NCBI RefSeq assembly: GCF_910592395.1
Contig: NC_088308.1
Span: forward strand, 1,798,001-1,862,000
From: Lineus longissimus
Lineage: Eukaryota
DNA length: 64,000 nucleotides
Direction: 5' to 3'
The position numbers and the translations under genes were made by a program. The notes under the pieces were generated by a model. The model did not search any database. It saw only the letters and a program-made list of their open reading frames with translations, and was not told where the DNA came from. The number at the start of each line of letters is the position of its first letter. Within the stretch, counting starts at the first letter, position 1. Of the stretch, positions 23,489-36,938 are shown in pieces.

Positions 23489-26400
23489 ATGGATTGTTCA
23501 TCCATCCTGCCTGCCCTGCAGTCTCATCCCCAACATGATCCCAGGTGGCTGCAGCCAGGCTCCAGACAGGGCAGCATCATTTGCTTGGCATGTTTGACCG
23601 AGATGCTTGAAGACAAGGAACTCATTGGTGTCAAAACGAAGATTGTCCTTGTAGAGTTGGTCTCGGTTCTTGGTCATGATGCTGTCATACGCTTACTTGG
23701 AGAGAATGTTCCTGTCCATGTTCATATTGCTATGATTTTGTTAGGTGAGGGCAACCTTAAAGTTAAGTGTGTGGATGTTAACTCACTCTAAAAGTTACCA
23801 AACTTTTACCATGAACGTCCAAAGTGAAATGTATCACTGAAGCGTTCAAAGTCAAACATAATAGTTGTGCATTTTCAGAAACAGTAGCTGAAAAAGTAAC
23901 ACTGATTTTTGAAATGTTGTTTATTGTCAAAGTTGCATCTCTACATTTCAGAGTACTTATGGCATGAAGATGACTCTCTTGCTTGTCTCGCTGTTGAAGG
24001 TATGGCTCAATCAGGAATAAGAAATGGAAGAAATACAAATGTACAATTTTCTCTCTTTGAAATTTGTGTTTCATGAGGTTACTGAAGACCTTCTGTTAAA
24101 TGACTTTAGAAGTTTTGCACTTGCAGCTGCTTAGGCTTTGAATTTAATAGCCCAGCTTGAGTTTAGGCTATCTACACATCTTATTTCATGTCTGTTTTGC
24201 AGCATTAGTGCAACTTCTTGGAGCATTTGGGTCAAAAGATCTATTGTCTGAAGTCCTTGAAAATCTCACAGGAATGGTATGTATTACTTTAAAACAGGGG
24301 CAGCTTCTCTTCTCTATCATCAGTAGGACAGGTGAGGAGATTAAATGAAGCAGTTAAATTCAGAGTTTTTATTCAAAACTCTGACATGACACGTACATCG
24401 TAGAAATTAAAAAATTTAAAGAAGTCTGTAAACTCCGGGTGTAAACACCAGTTTGTCTTAAATATTAAACTTGCTGAGTTGGCTGTGAAAAAGTCCAGGC
24501 ATTGCTTTCAGACGCCTTCACCCAGGCACTTGTTTGAAGGCACATAGTACTGATCAATTTCTTCTTGACAGAAAAGAAGTTAATGTTGGCTGTCTGTAGC
24601 CATAGCACTGCCTACAGTGAATACTCCTGCCTACACCTTCTAAGTTTACATTAGGCATTACAAGATTTCACACCCAGTGTATGTAGGCAAACTGAACAGG
24701 TATGCAGTCCGACTGAAACATGATAACAACTTTGCAGGGAAGCAGGCACCTGTACATCTCTACTTTTTATAGTGTTACTTCTTTGTACTGAGAGCTGTGT
24801 TAATGTATGTGGTATGATTGATAAGGTTTTACTGTCCAGAGCCTTGTGGCCTCGTGGCTTGCTAGATCATACGTATAAAGAGCCTGAGAGGTCCCTTTTT
24901 TAAACTATCGTCCTGTGCTTTAAAATTTGTTTTGCACATCAGGTTCTGGCCTCCTTTCATCCACTTAACTTCAACTGCAAACTTGCCCTGTAACGCTGTC
25001 AGTGTGCCACAGGTTATGTCAATTGAAGCATTTGGAACAATGTGAACTGAGTAGAGCCTTCTTTCATGAATACCCTTGAACTCTCAACAGAACTTGTAAC
25101 CTGATATTAACCCCAATTTTCAGTGACCTTATCCAAATTGCAGCTTTGGGAACAATATGAATTCAGTTGTTGAACTTAATCTTTACATTAAACTTTTCAC
25201 ATGAAAACATAGCTTCACTCATATGTGTTGTAAGACAAGGCAGTGAGGCCCTCTGTTAAGGTCAAGGCTTTCCTCACCAGACTCGTGTAACGGGATATGC
25301 TACCTATATTATGCTGCCTCATTGAGCTTTCCTGATCCTTGTAGTAGGCTTAATAGATGTACATGTATCCTCCGCCTACGTGTTGTGCAGGTTCATCCAG
25401 ACATTCCATTCTTAAGATGGCAAATGGTGCATGAACTCTTAGGGTGCGTTTCAATTCAAGCACTGCAAAGATTACAGAACATTGGTTATTTTACTCTCTA
25501 CCTTATTGATTGGCAAGATGGGTGAAGTAAATTATACTTCTTTTCATGATGTTGGGTTACTTATCTGCTTAACTATCTACTATTATATATCAATCTGGAC
25601 CATTGAGAAATGCTTGACTTCACTCTTGGCCAATATCAGTTGAACACAGAATATATTCCTGATATTTCTTTTTAGTGCATTGATCAAATAACCTACAAGA
25701 GAAATTTGCCCGCGTTCCATTTTCTTGGGAAGCTTCTGCAGAAGATACCAGTGGTGGTGAAGCTGATCTTTCAGATACATGGTAAGCATAGCTGGTTTTT
25801 CTGCACTAAGAACCGAAGTAGCTTTCTTCAATGCAAAAGGTATATCATACATCTGTACAGGTACAACTATTTTCTCTCTAGGGCCTAGCATACACAGTAC
25901 AGGTAAGCATCCCAATGGACCCATTGTACCTTTCTATTATGTAAAGTAACAGGTCTTTCTAACATAATGTGCGCATTCCTGAAAACTTGGTGCTTTCGTA
26001 TGCTTTGCTTCACATTTGCCATCATCATGAAAATCCACCTTCTGTTATAAGATGAATAATGCTTGGTAAGCCCTCTGATCTTTAACATTATTGCAGGTGA
26101 AATAATTCCTAACCATGTGCAAGCTAACCAGATGGACCGAAAGCTTTTGCCTTTAAGCCCCATGGTGGTCCTCTGCAGAGGCAGAATGCACCCTGCTCTT
26201 TCTTGCTACATAATTAATATGGACGGAATATCATTCCTTTTACATACCCCATCTAAGATTGATGTAAGACCAAGGAAAGGGTTTTATCAGTACCTCATCC
26301 TTCAGGAAATTCTATACCCAAGAAAGCCAACAAATCATTACAGTTGCCGCTAAGGGGGCTTGTAACCCCCAGAGCCCCTCCCATGGATCTGCCCGGTTTT

Positions 26401-29400
26401 ATGATTTTCCTCGCTAAACCCAATAGACTATACTCGCTATAACTTATAAAAAAAGTCGAACTTCATGTACGGTAATTGAAGAGCTGACATTCTTCGATGG
26501 AACTCTTTAAGTTAGTAAGTTTCTTTTGTAATCTTGTCAAAATGTTGGAGCACTAACAAACTTTTGCTTGAAAAAACATATTTCATGAAAGCTTCATCGG
26601 ACTTTACATGTTCTACATGTATCATGTGAGCAGGCAAACGGCATCTTCCATCTTTCAGGGTGTAGCCAGCTACCTGTATCAGATCATACTTGTTTGCAGG
26701 AGCAACATTCTCAGCTATAATAAGCAACTGGGAGATATACGATAGGTTTATGTTTAACCTTCAGAGGTTAGGGCAAGCTGCATTTGTGACTGGTTTAGGT
26801 GAATAGACTTCTTGAGGAAGGTATTATTGCTGCTTGGATGGGGTTTCAGGGCTGCCCGATGTCTAGGCCTAACTTATCTCTAGGCCTTATGTTTAACCTT
26901 TTTATTTCCACATCCATCATTCACAAACACAGTCTGCATTAACTCATGTTACATGAGTTGGTACATGGAGTTAGGGAGCAGCTCAAAATTGGTCGAAGCC
27001 TAAAAAGCTTGAACATTTTCTTCCTGAGGGGCGGGGGTCATCGGTTTTACCATCCAATCTTTTGATAAATATTGAGGCTTCATCATATTTTATCATCTTC
27101 CCTTCCAAGCCAGAGAGCATTGTCTCTGCCATCCACTATGATATTTCATTCAGAAACTGGGGGTGGAGTTTTTCATGATGATAACAACTGCCCTCTGTGA
27201 TAGAACACTTGACAGTGCCACTGCCAGTTTGATGGGTTTTATTGACATGATTCATGAAAAGAGAATGGCTTGACGCAGTGATTTGCTCATCTGTTTTCTA
27301 AGTGATCGGCCAAGATGCCAAAGGATGAAGAAGTCGAAAATGATGCAGGAAATGCCCCCTTGAAGATTATTGGAGATGTCAAGCAACAAAGATATTGTTC
27401 GTTTACTTGTGAAGTAGACTGTAGTGTGGGAGTGTTTATCATGACTCGGCAATGTTTCTGTCTTCAGTTCATGCATACCTGGTTAGGAACCAGTTCACTG
27501 GCTAGGCCTACCGGTAATTCATAACCAAGTAAAAAAGATACTTGCCATTTTTAATGGTAGAGCAAAGTCTTCCTAGTCTGCAGCCAGTTGGAGTCACTGT
27601 CCTGGGATAGTTCAGGTTGAGGAGATTTAGTTTTCACTACAGTAATGAAAGGCAACTGTTCTTGCCATGCCAAATCCAATGGAGCTGTCTAAAAAAATTA
27701 TATCTTTGCAGGAACCTTTCTGGATTATGTCTGCTCTGGCCTGTCGGAATCTGACGAAGCTGTCCAGTCAGCGTTAATCTATGTTCTCAACCATTTCTAT
27801 CAGCCAGGATGCATACAGGGTGTGTCACCGTATGTCCACAAAGCTGTTGTGGAGAATTTACCAAAAATGATCATTACAACAAACCAACAAGATTTGCAGA
27901 TGAACATCATTGGTGAGCATTGGCAGAAAGGTGACATGGTCTATAGTGGTCGAGCTCTTTGACTCCTCTAACTAACACATCAAACTGGAAATATTTGGCC
28001 ATAAGATCCATTGAGCTGGAATACCAGTTTTTCAAGTTGGTATCCAACCATTGTGGCATGCTAGAAATTACTCACACTCATTAATCTTTTAAAGAATGTA
28101 TGCTCTTTTTCACCACAGGTCTACTAAAGCTTGTTCTAAATGTGCCTCACTTGACTCAACAACTGATGTTGTCCAACGGCGATGACACCACTCTGGCAGC
28201 TGGACTGAAGAAGTTACTAATCTGTCATCGTGACATCCTGCAGATTGCTACAGTTCAGTGCATCTCCCAGGTGCTCACTCAGGACCAAGGATGTGCATAT
28301 GCTGACGACTTCCTACATGTAGATGTTGCAGGTTTGTGAAAAATGTTCCAGCTAATCACTTCAAACTGTGGGTATTGCCGCAATGTTCAAAGGGCACAAG
28401 ATCAGGGTCCTACTTCACACTCAAGGAACACATCCACTGTACGTATCCATGCTGTTTTACAAATAAGATGGCAGCACCTCCTAGACTGAGTCAAAGTGTA
28501 AACGGAGCCTGATAGTTTTCAAGCAAAGCTAGATACGGTACACAAGTTACAAGTTTGTTGTCCTCTTTCAGAGTTCCTGTTTGAGTCCCTAGCAACCACA
28601 AATGAAGTCCTACTGGGCTCCATTCTCTGTTGTCTACTCCAGTTTACAGACAGTGAAATCTTCTTCAAGAATCATCACAGTGTCTATGGTAAGTTTGCTT
28701 TTCTTAAGATCATAATTGATAACTTGAACTGCACATTGTAGCTTGTACTACCTGTAGTTCTTGAGGAACTTGAATCCATCCTGTCAGACTTGATGTTATT
28801 AGTGACAAATAAACATGAGGGCAAATTGACAAATGTCTACTCAAGGTTAAAGTAGCTTAACGGTCATCTCTTTCAGCTTTTATCCTTTTTGCCTCACATG
28901 ACAAGCGCTTGTACTATTTCAGGTTTGGAGTCAATACTTCGTGGGACTGAACAGGCCTTGAGGCTGAGGAATCCACAGACTGTGACACCTGCAATGAAAT
29001 TGTTGGCCATCCTTCTTGACAAGTGAGTTTTTGACATCAGAATGGCCCTTGGAGACGGTGCATTCTCATATGAGCACCATTACACCAAGCGGGGAAAAAT
29101 CAAGCTACATTTTGCAAGTTTCCACTTTCAGGCACCCTCCTGGTATTTCTTTATTCAGCAATGCAGCAATGCTGGCACAGGCTATCCAGTTGATCACCGA
29201 TGGTATCAAGTTCAGCCAACCGACCGTGGCACAGCAAGCTATCAGGGCCTTGCAGCATGTGATCAAGTAAGTTAGAGAGACTGGACTCCTTGGCCTGGGC
29301 AGGTAACCAGTCTTGAAGAAGGACTACTGATGTAGAACATGTGCTGTAACATGCACGAGAAAGTCCACCGAAGTCTGCAGGGTCCAGTCCTTCTGGCGTG

Positions 29401-32400
29401 GCTAACAATCAGGACCCTTGGCAAATCAGTAATCTGTGTCAACTTACTTTTCGTTTATACTTATCACTTTGTACGCTATTAAACTCAATAAATGTGTTGC
29501 TGTTTTTGCAGACATTGTCCAAAAGGTGGCGCTCCCCAACCGAATCTGCTTCTGCCCTTACAATATCTGAAACAGCAGGCGGTCACCATGCTCAATGATG
29601 TCACCAATGAGAAGAAAAGGAAAGGTGTCGTGAAGAGAAGAGATCGTAACGGTGGTCAGAGAATACAGGTGAAGTTGGAGGAAACATTGGACCAGATGGT
29701 CATGGTCTTGGTCTCTGTCTCCAAGTGAGTAGATTGAGCTCCACTGAGTGATTGTGCATTGTCTGCTGAGCTGTTACAAAGGTTGAAGGCCTAGGTTTTA
29801 CCCTTGGAAGAGTCTCTGTATGTCTGAGCAAATCCTACCTGTGTACAGAAGTGTCAAAGCACACAGCTGGCAGAGATGGTCTTGCAAAAGCTAGTCCTAG
29901 CTAATAGACTCTCCTTGAGTCGAGCTTCCATCGAATTGAGCTTCCAAGAATAAGATTAAGGCCCATGTAGGTCAACACTAAAAGGAATTTTATGTCTTTC
30001 AGGTATGTTTGTGAATGTCTAGAAGAACCTCGCCTTGACCTCATTTCCAGTGCTCCTGTTAGTCTTGGCAGCGATGCTTCGGCTGAGGCCTTGACTACAG
30101 CAGGCCTGGCAGAGTTCCTCGTCCTAGCAAGTGATGAGGTCTGTTTACCTCTTACAATGGTATGTTCTCCTGCTTTGACATTTTACTAATTGCAGAGTTT
30201 GTTTTGAGTAATAACCCGATGGTGTCCGAATATTTCCAATATGAAACCAACACAGTTTGCATCCAGCTAAAGACTTTGACCAGTGCACCCACCAGTATGT
30301 GTCCCTGTTGAATGTTTATTGTTTAGACAGAATGATTAATTTTTCTCTGGCTTCTGATCCAGTCGTCCTCTGTCTTTTATTTAAGATCTACTGTGAAGAA
30401 ACACCCAAAGTGCCAGTTCTCCAATCTGTCTACAGGTTCCTGTGTCTCCAGTACCACTTCAAACTACCCGTGATGCATTCGATATCGAAGAAGTATGCTG
30501 AAACTGAGTTCATTTGCTTTACATTAGAAACCAAGGGCAAATTCAGGTGAATTGAATTTCTCTCTCCCAGGTTGCTTATAAACCCCACCAAGAAAGTCTT
30601 GCGGCTTTTTGAAAATCACTTTCTGTCAAATTTGTCTTTGGCTGAGAGTTTGAGGTTCAATCTACATACTGGTATTGTGCTACCTTAAAGCAAGTGATGT
30701 GCTTCTTCACAGGGTAACTATTTACCTCCAGCTTTCATGAATTTTGCCCCTTGTAACTGATATGAAGATCTTTAAACCCTAGAATTCCTGGTATTAAATT
30801 TGTCTAGTCATTGATTCCAGAGACAAAAACCTGCAGGAAGATATAGAAGACTTCATGATGCATGTCTGCTCGGACCTATTCAGTGCCCATCATGGTTACA
30901 CTGACACCATGGCTTACAAGACTCAGCTGACACAGGGTTTGCCACATCTACAAGGTGAGCATGTTTCAAATAATGGCCTCTTTTACGTGTAACATTGCCT
31001 GCACACTGACAGGCATCTGTCGTAAAGCTTTTTACGACAGCTTTCGCTCTTAAAAGGGTGACATTAGACAGGGAAACGATATGCCAGACCTGGGAGTCCT
31101 AGTGAAAGACTCCTCTTGTCAGATTGCTTATATGTACTCATACCTCAATTCTTTTTCAGGCTGTACAGAAGATCTGTTGTCCTTGTTGTCCGAGACTGAT
31201 GATAATGAGTCAAGTTGGGTACAGTCGGCACAGATCATTTACATCAGTATCATGTTCTTTGAGGCCTATTACACTAACAGTTGCAGGTTAGAATAAGTCC
31301 TTTCATCAACGGGTATTGCCGGGCAGATATATATTGGGCCCTCCATGACTCTTGATTTTTACTTCATTCGTCCCTTTAATCAGAGTTACTCTTTCCTTAC
31401 TTATGGTTTGACAAATTGATTTGTTGCTTTCATAACCCTCCACTCCCTTCTCATAAACTCTCTTGCTGTGTGTGTGCGTACAACCCCTGCTCCATTGCAG
31501 ACAATGTCGTATAATACATGTATATAAAAACATGCTACGTATACTTTATATACGTACTTTATTTACAAAATGTTTCTCATGAATATTTCAGACTGTCGTC
31601 AGTCCCAGCCTCAGGTTACTGTGAATCCCTCTCCAACTTCATCCTCAGCAGGCATAACCTGTCGTCGGTACCTGACTACTCTTGGTGGCAGATAATGTTC
31701 CTGTGGGCCATGCTGACCAAGGGCGTCATAGGACAACAGAACACTTCATCCCATCATCAGCTCAAAGGTATGTAGGCCTACTGGTTAAAGCCCAATATAG
31801 AGCAGAATTCTTCATGGTGCTTTCCGACTCAAAGGGGTTAATCATCATCAAAGCAACTTATTAGACCAACTGAAGCATGTTTTTTTAAATCTCATAGATC
31901 TAACCTCTGTATTTCTGGCCCCTACCCAAAGCCTTTGATTTATTTTTCAGCACTCTCCGTCCTTGAGGATGTAGCTAATGATCGTACAGTTAGTGAGAGT
32001 TTGATAACAATGAGTGTTTCTCTGTTGACGTGGACTTTCTCAAACAGTGACTTGGCAGAGTTGGTCGGGACAAGGATGGTATGTTGAGTTCAGATAGAGA
32101 AGGGTTTCTTGTGACAACTGGATGATCCACCTAGCTTAGCTTCATTGTCTTTTGAATGAGTGCCAGAGCTTTACTGTTTCTGGTTATCTCTGAGTGAGAC
32201 AGAGGGGCAGGAGAAAGAGCCCAGACATGCTAAATTCTTAACAGCAGTCTGGCAGGCCTATCTGACGGGAAAAGAAAGGTTTGAAGGCCTCTGTAATTGG
32301 CTCTGGCATATCTGACACATTCCTTTTCCTTTTCAGTTAAAATTGTGGTTGAGTTCGACTGGCAGGGAAGACAAGGAGAACTACAATCAACTGGTGGCAT

Positions 32401-35400
32401 TGGTTATGGAAAATCAACTGTGTCTTCAGAGTTTATTGGTGAGATTGAGATTGAGGAATATTGTTGACCTGAGCTTGTTGTTTGTTTCGATATTCCTTGT
32501 TGAATGGAGTAAAAGCTTTTGAGTCAGATCATCTTGCCTTTGTAGGAGGAAATAGCCAAGTCTCGGCCACCACAGTACGTAGGCTTCCAGCCATAGTGAC
32601 TTGGTGACAGGTAAGGAGGTCACATACACTGTATATGAACAAAAGGATGAGAACTTTTCCAATTGTGACTCTTTTCAGGGTCTTGTCTCACTTGGTGAAG
32701 AAGACGTAACTGAGGCAGCCGTGAAACTCCTGAAGGCGACCCTCGAGAAGGGTTTGGAGGGGAACCCGGACACAACCACCTTCAGCGCCCTGGAGGAAAA
32801 TATCACCAGCACAACTCTGCAGATGTGCCTGGCGAGAAAAGACTGGGATGTGCCGAGTCATAACCTGGTGGCAATGTTCCAGATTCTTGCGCTGATCAAG
32901 AAACAGCATTGTGACTCAGTCAATCCGACCAGCGGGGACATGAAGCTTCTTTATCATGGTGAGATATTTCAAACGATGTGGTTGTCTTTCTTTTCTTGAT
33001 TATATTTTTGTGTGAGTTATCAGTGGACAAAATCTTGTCATATACTTTCAGCGTGTTGTATAATAAAGAAAGATACTACATCCGTGGGATTATGTGCTGC
33101 TGTTCTTGGTTACCTATGCTGTGTGCTGGTCCAGTCCAAGCTGCATAATGATATCCAAGGTAATTTTCGCCCCCCCCCCGAAAAAAGTTTTTTACGAACA
33201 AAAATCCTTTTTCCGTATCTTGATCATGCAAATTTTGTGAATGAATGCTAAAAACCCCAAAAGACACTCCAAACTCCACCCTAACCCACATATGGGTAAG
33301 AAGCTGTAAATGATTGATTGATTGACCTCGTATTTCAATTCATGCTGTCACTTCAGTGTCTATCTTCATCTCCCATTCTTTCCACCAGCTTCCAGTCTTC
33401 TCCTCACAGACAGTGAACTTCTTAACCAATTGCACCATCTCGTCACTTCATCCACGAACAAGGTTTCATCTTCATCTTGCATCATTCTGTCTGTCTTGTT
33501 GCTGCAACAACACAGTAACAAACTCAATGTGAGGACACATCTGTTTTCTGTTCTGAATCTCCTAAGTTCTTCCTGTTTGACTTCTTTCTGTTAAGGTTTT
33601 TCCTTCTTTTATGTTACTTCCTTTTTCCCCCAAATGTTCTTTTCATTTAACACTGTTAATGTCTTACGACCATTTCAATCTTTGGCATGGTTATTGCATA
33701 TAAACATCAAATACAAGACTTGCTGGAGAGCCATTCATAAGAGGTTAAATGTTGTATTTAATTGTGTCGCATATATTGGGTTAGCATCAACTTAGGCATT
33801 AGACACTTGGCTGTCAACCATTCTTTCTAATAACCCCACCCAGCATGTGGCTAGAGTTGTGTGAGCACTCTGTGTTCATGCAATGAGATAGCGAGCCTCA
33901 CTATTAACGGTGTCCTTTTCCTTACATTCATTTTTAGGTATGCTCGCATACCCAGGACGCCATCGAATTACTTGACCTCACGGGCATGATATCCTCAAGG
34001 AACGTCACATCTCAGGCTGCAGTCCTCTGCCTGTGCAGCAGTTACTTCACCACGGATTGTAGAACTAATGTCTTGACCATCAGGGGGATAAAGTCAGGCG
34101 CAGAGCCTCATCCCAAAGATCTACCGTGGCTTATTGACTCATACCACATCAGGATATTCCAGATTTGTCTACAGCAGGTCATTGCACTGGTAAGTGTTTG
34201 TGAAATAGGCTGACAACTGACATTGCTGATTGATCTGCGACATCTCTCTACTAAAGACGAGATACCCTAAACGGTCTTTGTTCACTTTCTGGTATGTCGG
34301 AATAGCTTACCAGAGAACAATCGTAGGGAATGAAAAAAAGCTGTTTACCATTGGAAGTTGCCATTAGTCATCCAATTTTGAGTGTCTAATGAATATGTTT
34401 CTTTCAGGGTGGTGATTTTGTCTGCCATTTCGCCCTTGACTGCATGAAGAATCTGATTTGCTGCCTAATGCGCAGTAGGAAGGAATTGGGTGAGCCTCAG
34501 ACAGATCTGATACAAATAATACCCAACAATGATGCTTACATGTATACTTAAGTTAGATAGGCTTCCTATCTTGCAATGCTTCCAGTCCATGACAGGCCAT
34601 CATAAAACTTCATCAATGTTTAAGTGGTTCTGTGATTGTTGGCATGCCTGGTGACTGTCTCAAGTTGCAGTTGTGTGTGACACACTTCTGAACTCTTTTT
34701 CAGGTAGGCGTATTCTAAACCATCCCTGGAATTCGTTTATGATAGAGCTGGCATTAGATCCACCAGATACTACAGTGGGCATGGCATTTCTGTGGCCACA
34801 TCTGCTTGAAATGGTTAGTTGATTGCTATGCTACTGAAAGTAGACAGGTGGTTCCCACTATCAGTATCGCAAATTATCAAGTTCGAGTATCATGTCTGAA
34901 GTCGCCAGTTTATTGGCCCCCATAAAAAACGCAGTGATGCCAGCCGTTGTTTTTTGAGCAGATGCTGAAGAAGTCAGCACAATATCACTGTTGATTGTCA
35001 CAGCAGCACTGACCTCCAAAGTCTATGACTTCACTAAGCCATTGGTCCTTTCCCCAGGACAAAGGGCAAGGTGGTACCAACAATGGACAGCCGGTAGTTG
35101 TCTGTCGGTTCTAATTCACACAACATATTTTACAGTTGGCTGATGGTTCTTCTCTGCCTTTGCTCCTGACCGATCGTCTCAGTAATGATATCATACAGAG
35201 GATTCTAGGTCACGCTGAAGACGGGCCGAACGCAGACATGATCGCTTCACTTGTCATTCTTATGGAAAAGGTAGGCAAGGTGGTATCGATTTGCCCTGAT
35301 TCATTTCTGTTGAGTAGACTTGCTCTGATGTATCTAAGAGACTGGTATACAGCACTCACCTGAGCTTGACTTGGATGACCATGTTATAAAGACGATAGTA

Positions 35401-35603
35401 TGTAAAGAAGAGAAAATTTCATTTCATTTGTGCACTTTCTCTATTTACAGCTGCTGACATGCGCATGGTACCACATCAGCGATGAAAAGAGACTTGAGCT
35501 AGAGACAAAGCTGAAGCAGTTGCAACCTCTCAAGGAACGATACCGGCTGAACTCAACAAAGAAGGCTTGGTCCTTACTCTTAAAGTTGTCTGTGGAGGCA
35601 TGA
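23489..35603 (+). CDS. MEI1: Meiosis inhibitor protein 1 (MEI1) homolog, ~25 exons, Leu-rich alpha-helical protein
   Basis: The N-terminal H..HDPRWL...CLAC motif and downstream blocks (LGKLLQKIP..HG; GLSESDEAVQSALIYVL) match MEI1 as I recall it. Exons approx: 23489-23744, 23952-23999, 24203-24276, 25676-25781, 27712-27912, 28119-28331, 28572-28688, 28923-29022, 29132-29266, 29512-29668, 30003-30159, 30386-30546, 30821-30954, 31160-31286, 31592-31767, 31951-32078, 32337-32438, 32679-32958, ~33051-33159, 33389-33527, 33938-34189, 34408-34489, 34704-34813, 35136-35270, 35451-35603. Internal boundaries are less certain. Confidence 0.85.
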
Positions 35604-35697
35604 ATGAAGACTTGACATGGGGCCATGTGTTATGTGCATGTACATGTCCATCTTTGGTATCTTCCTGAGCCGAGGGAAAAGGGTTCAAGTGACATTT

Positions 35698-35885
35698 GTG
35701 ACCCGTCACAGCAAAACCAAGCGCATGTCGCTCTGAGCTTGGCAGGTTGAGACGGACTGTTTGATCAATTCTCTATTGTCTGCCTTTTGTGAAATATGAG
35801 CACATCAATTTCTTCCATTATCTCCTGGTGTCACTTTGGCTCATCTTCTGTGCGACTTGCGCCTGGTTTTGCTGTGACGGGTCAC
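35698..35885. mobile_element. MITE with ~34-bp TIRs and a 4-bp ATTT target-site duplication (Sola-like)
   Basis: attt|gtgacccgtcacagcaaaaccaagcgcatgtcgc ... gcgacttgcgcctggttttgctgtgacgggtcac|attt. Confidence 0.85.
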
Positions 35886-36104
35886 ATTTATAGAAATGTA
35901 ATCATTTTGTTCCATCTACGTGTAAAGGTCCACATATATCATATGTAGACCTCATGGTAATACCGTGTAGTCACTGCTGATGTCATGTACAATGTAGATT
36001 TTTCCAAGCAATACCGATTATATCTCACAACAGATATTGTCCATGTCATGATTAGAATAAATGCATTTGACTTTATAAGTGGTCTTCCTGCATGCCTTCT
36101 TTCT

Positions 36105-36272
36105 ACATCCTGAAGCTCAGGCCAACACTCGGTACTATCGACTGAGTGCAAGGGAGGTGAATACCACTGACTCTGGATTAGCCAGGATATAGAGAATACA
36201 TCCTGAAGCTCAGGCCAACACTCGGCACTATCGACTGAGTGCAAGGGAGGGGAATACGACTGACTCTGGATT
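36105..36272. repeat. Direct tandem duplication, 93-bp period
   Basis: acatcctgaagctcaggccaacactcgg...gactctggatt starts at 36105 and at 36198. Confidence 0.9.
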
Positions 36273-36610
36273 TTCGAGGATGTCTCCTCAGAGTTGTCAG
36301 CTTAAAAGAGTCTTGGCTTAAACTGACAGTTGTAGTCCACTACAGAAGATGACGAGTGGCCTGCCATTGTCTGGTCAACACAGCGTCCAACGACTCAATG
36401 TCTGAAGCTGATGAACAAGATGCTATTGGTATGAGGTTGTCCACTAAATGACCAAGAGTCTTGCTGTGCAGCCAATGCGCTGTGACTGACCAAAAGGCAG
36501 TCCATGCTGAGCCCAGGCGCCAGTGTGACGATGATGCGAAGTGAAGATGCATCGAGTGCTTAACTTGATGTTCAGTTGTCTCAATGATCATGGTGGCCCT
36601 CTCTTCAAAT

Positions 36611-36938
36611 GCCTGCCTTCCAGTGGACAGCAAGATGGAATCCCTATCAAAAGCTGGAGAGTCCCGATACTGTCCCAGGCACTGGTATGTGGTCTCAGGT
36701 AATGTACTTTAGATGAGCTATACTGGCAGCACATGAGTTGTCTCAATGGTCAGGCTGGGCCTGCCTTCAAGTGGACAGCGAGATGGAATACCTATCAAAA
36801 GCTGGAGAGTCCCGATACTGCCCCAGGCACTGGTATGTGGTCTCAGGTAATGTACTTCAGATGAGCTATAATGGCAGCACATGAGTTGTCTCAATGGTCA
36901 GGCTGGGCCTGCCTTCAGGTGGGCAGCGAGATGGAATG
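36611..36938. repeat. Direct tandem duplication, 148-bp period (about 2.2 copies)
   Basis: The gcctgccttc...agatggaat unit starts at 36611, 36759 and 36907. Confidence 0.9.

Noticed and set aside
32546..32610. Cassette with good splice signals and an in-frame stop inside a MEI1 intron (possible poison exon)
   Set aside because: The flanking exons join in frame without it, and nothing in the sequence alone shows inclusion.
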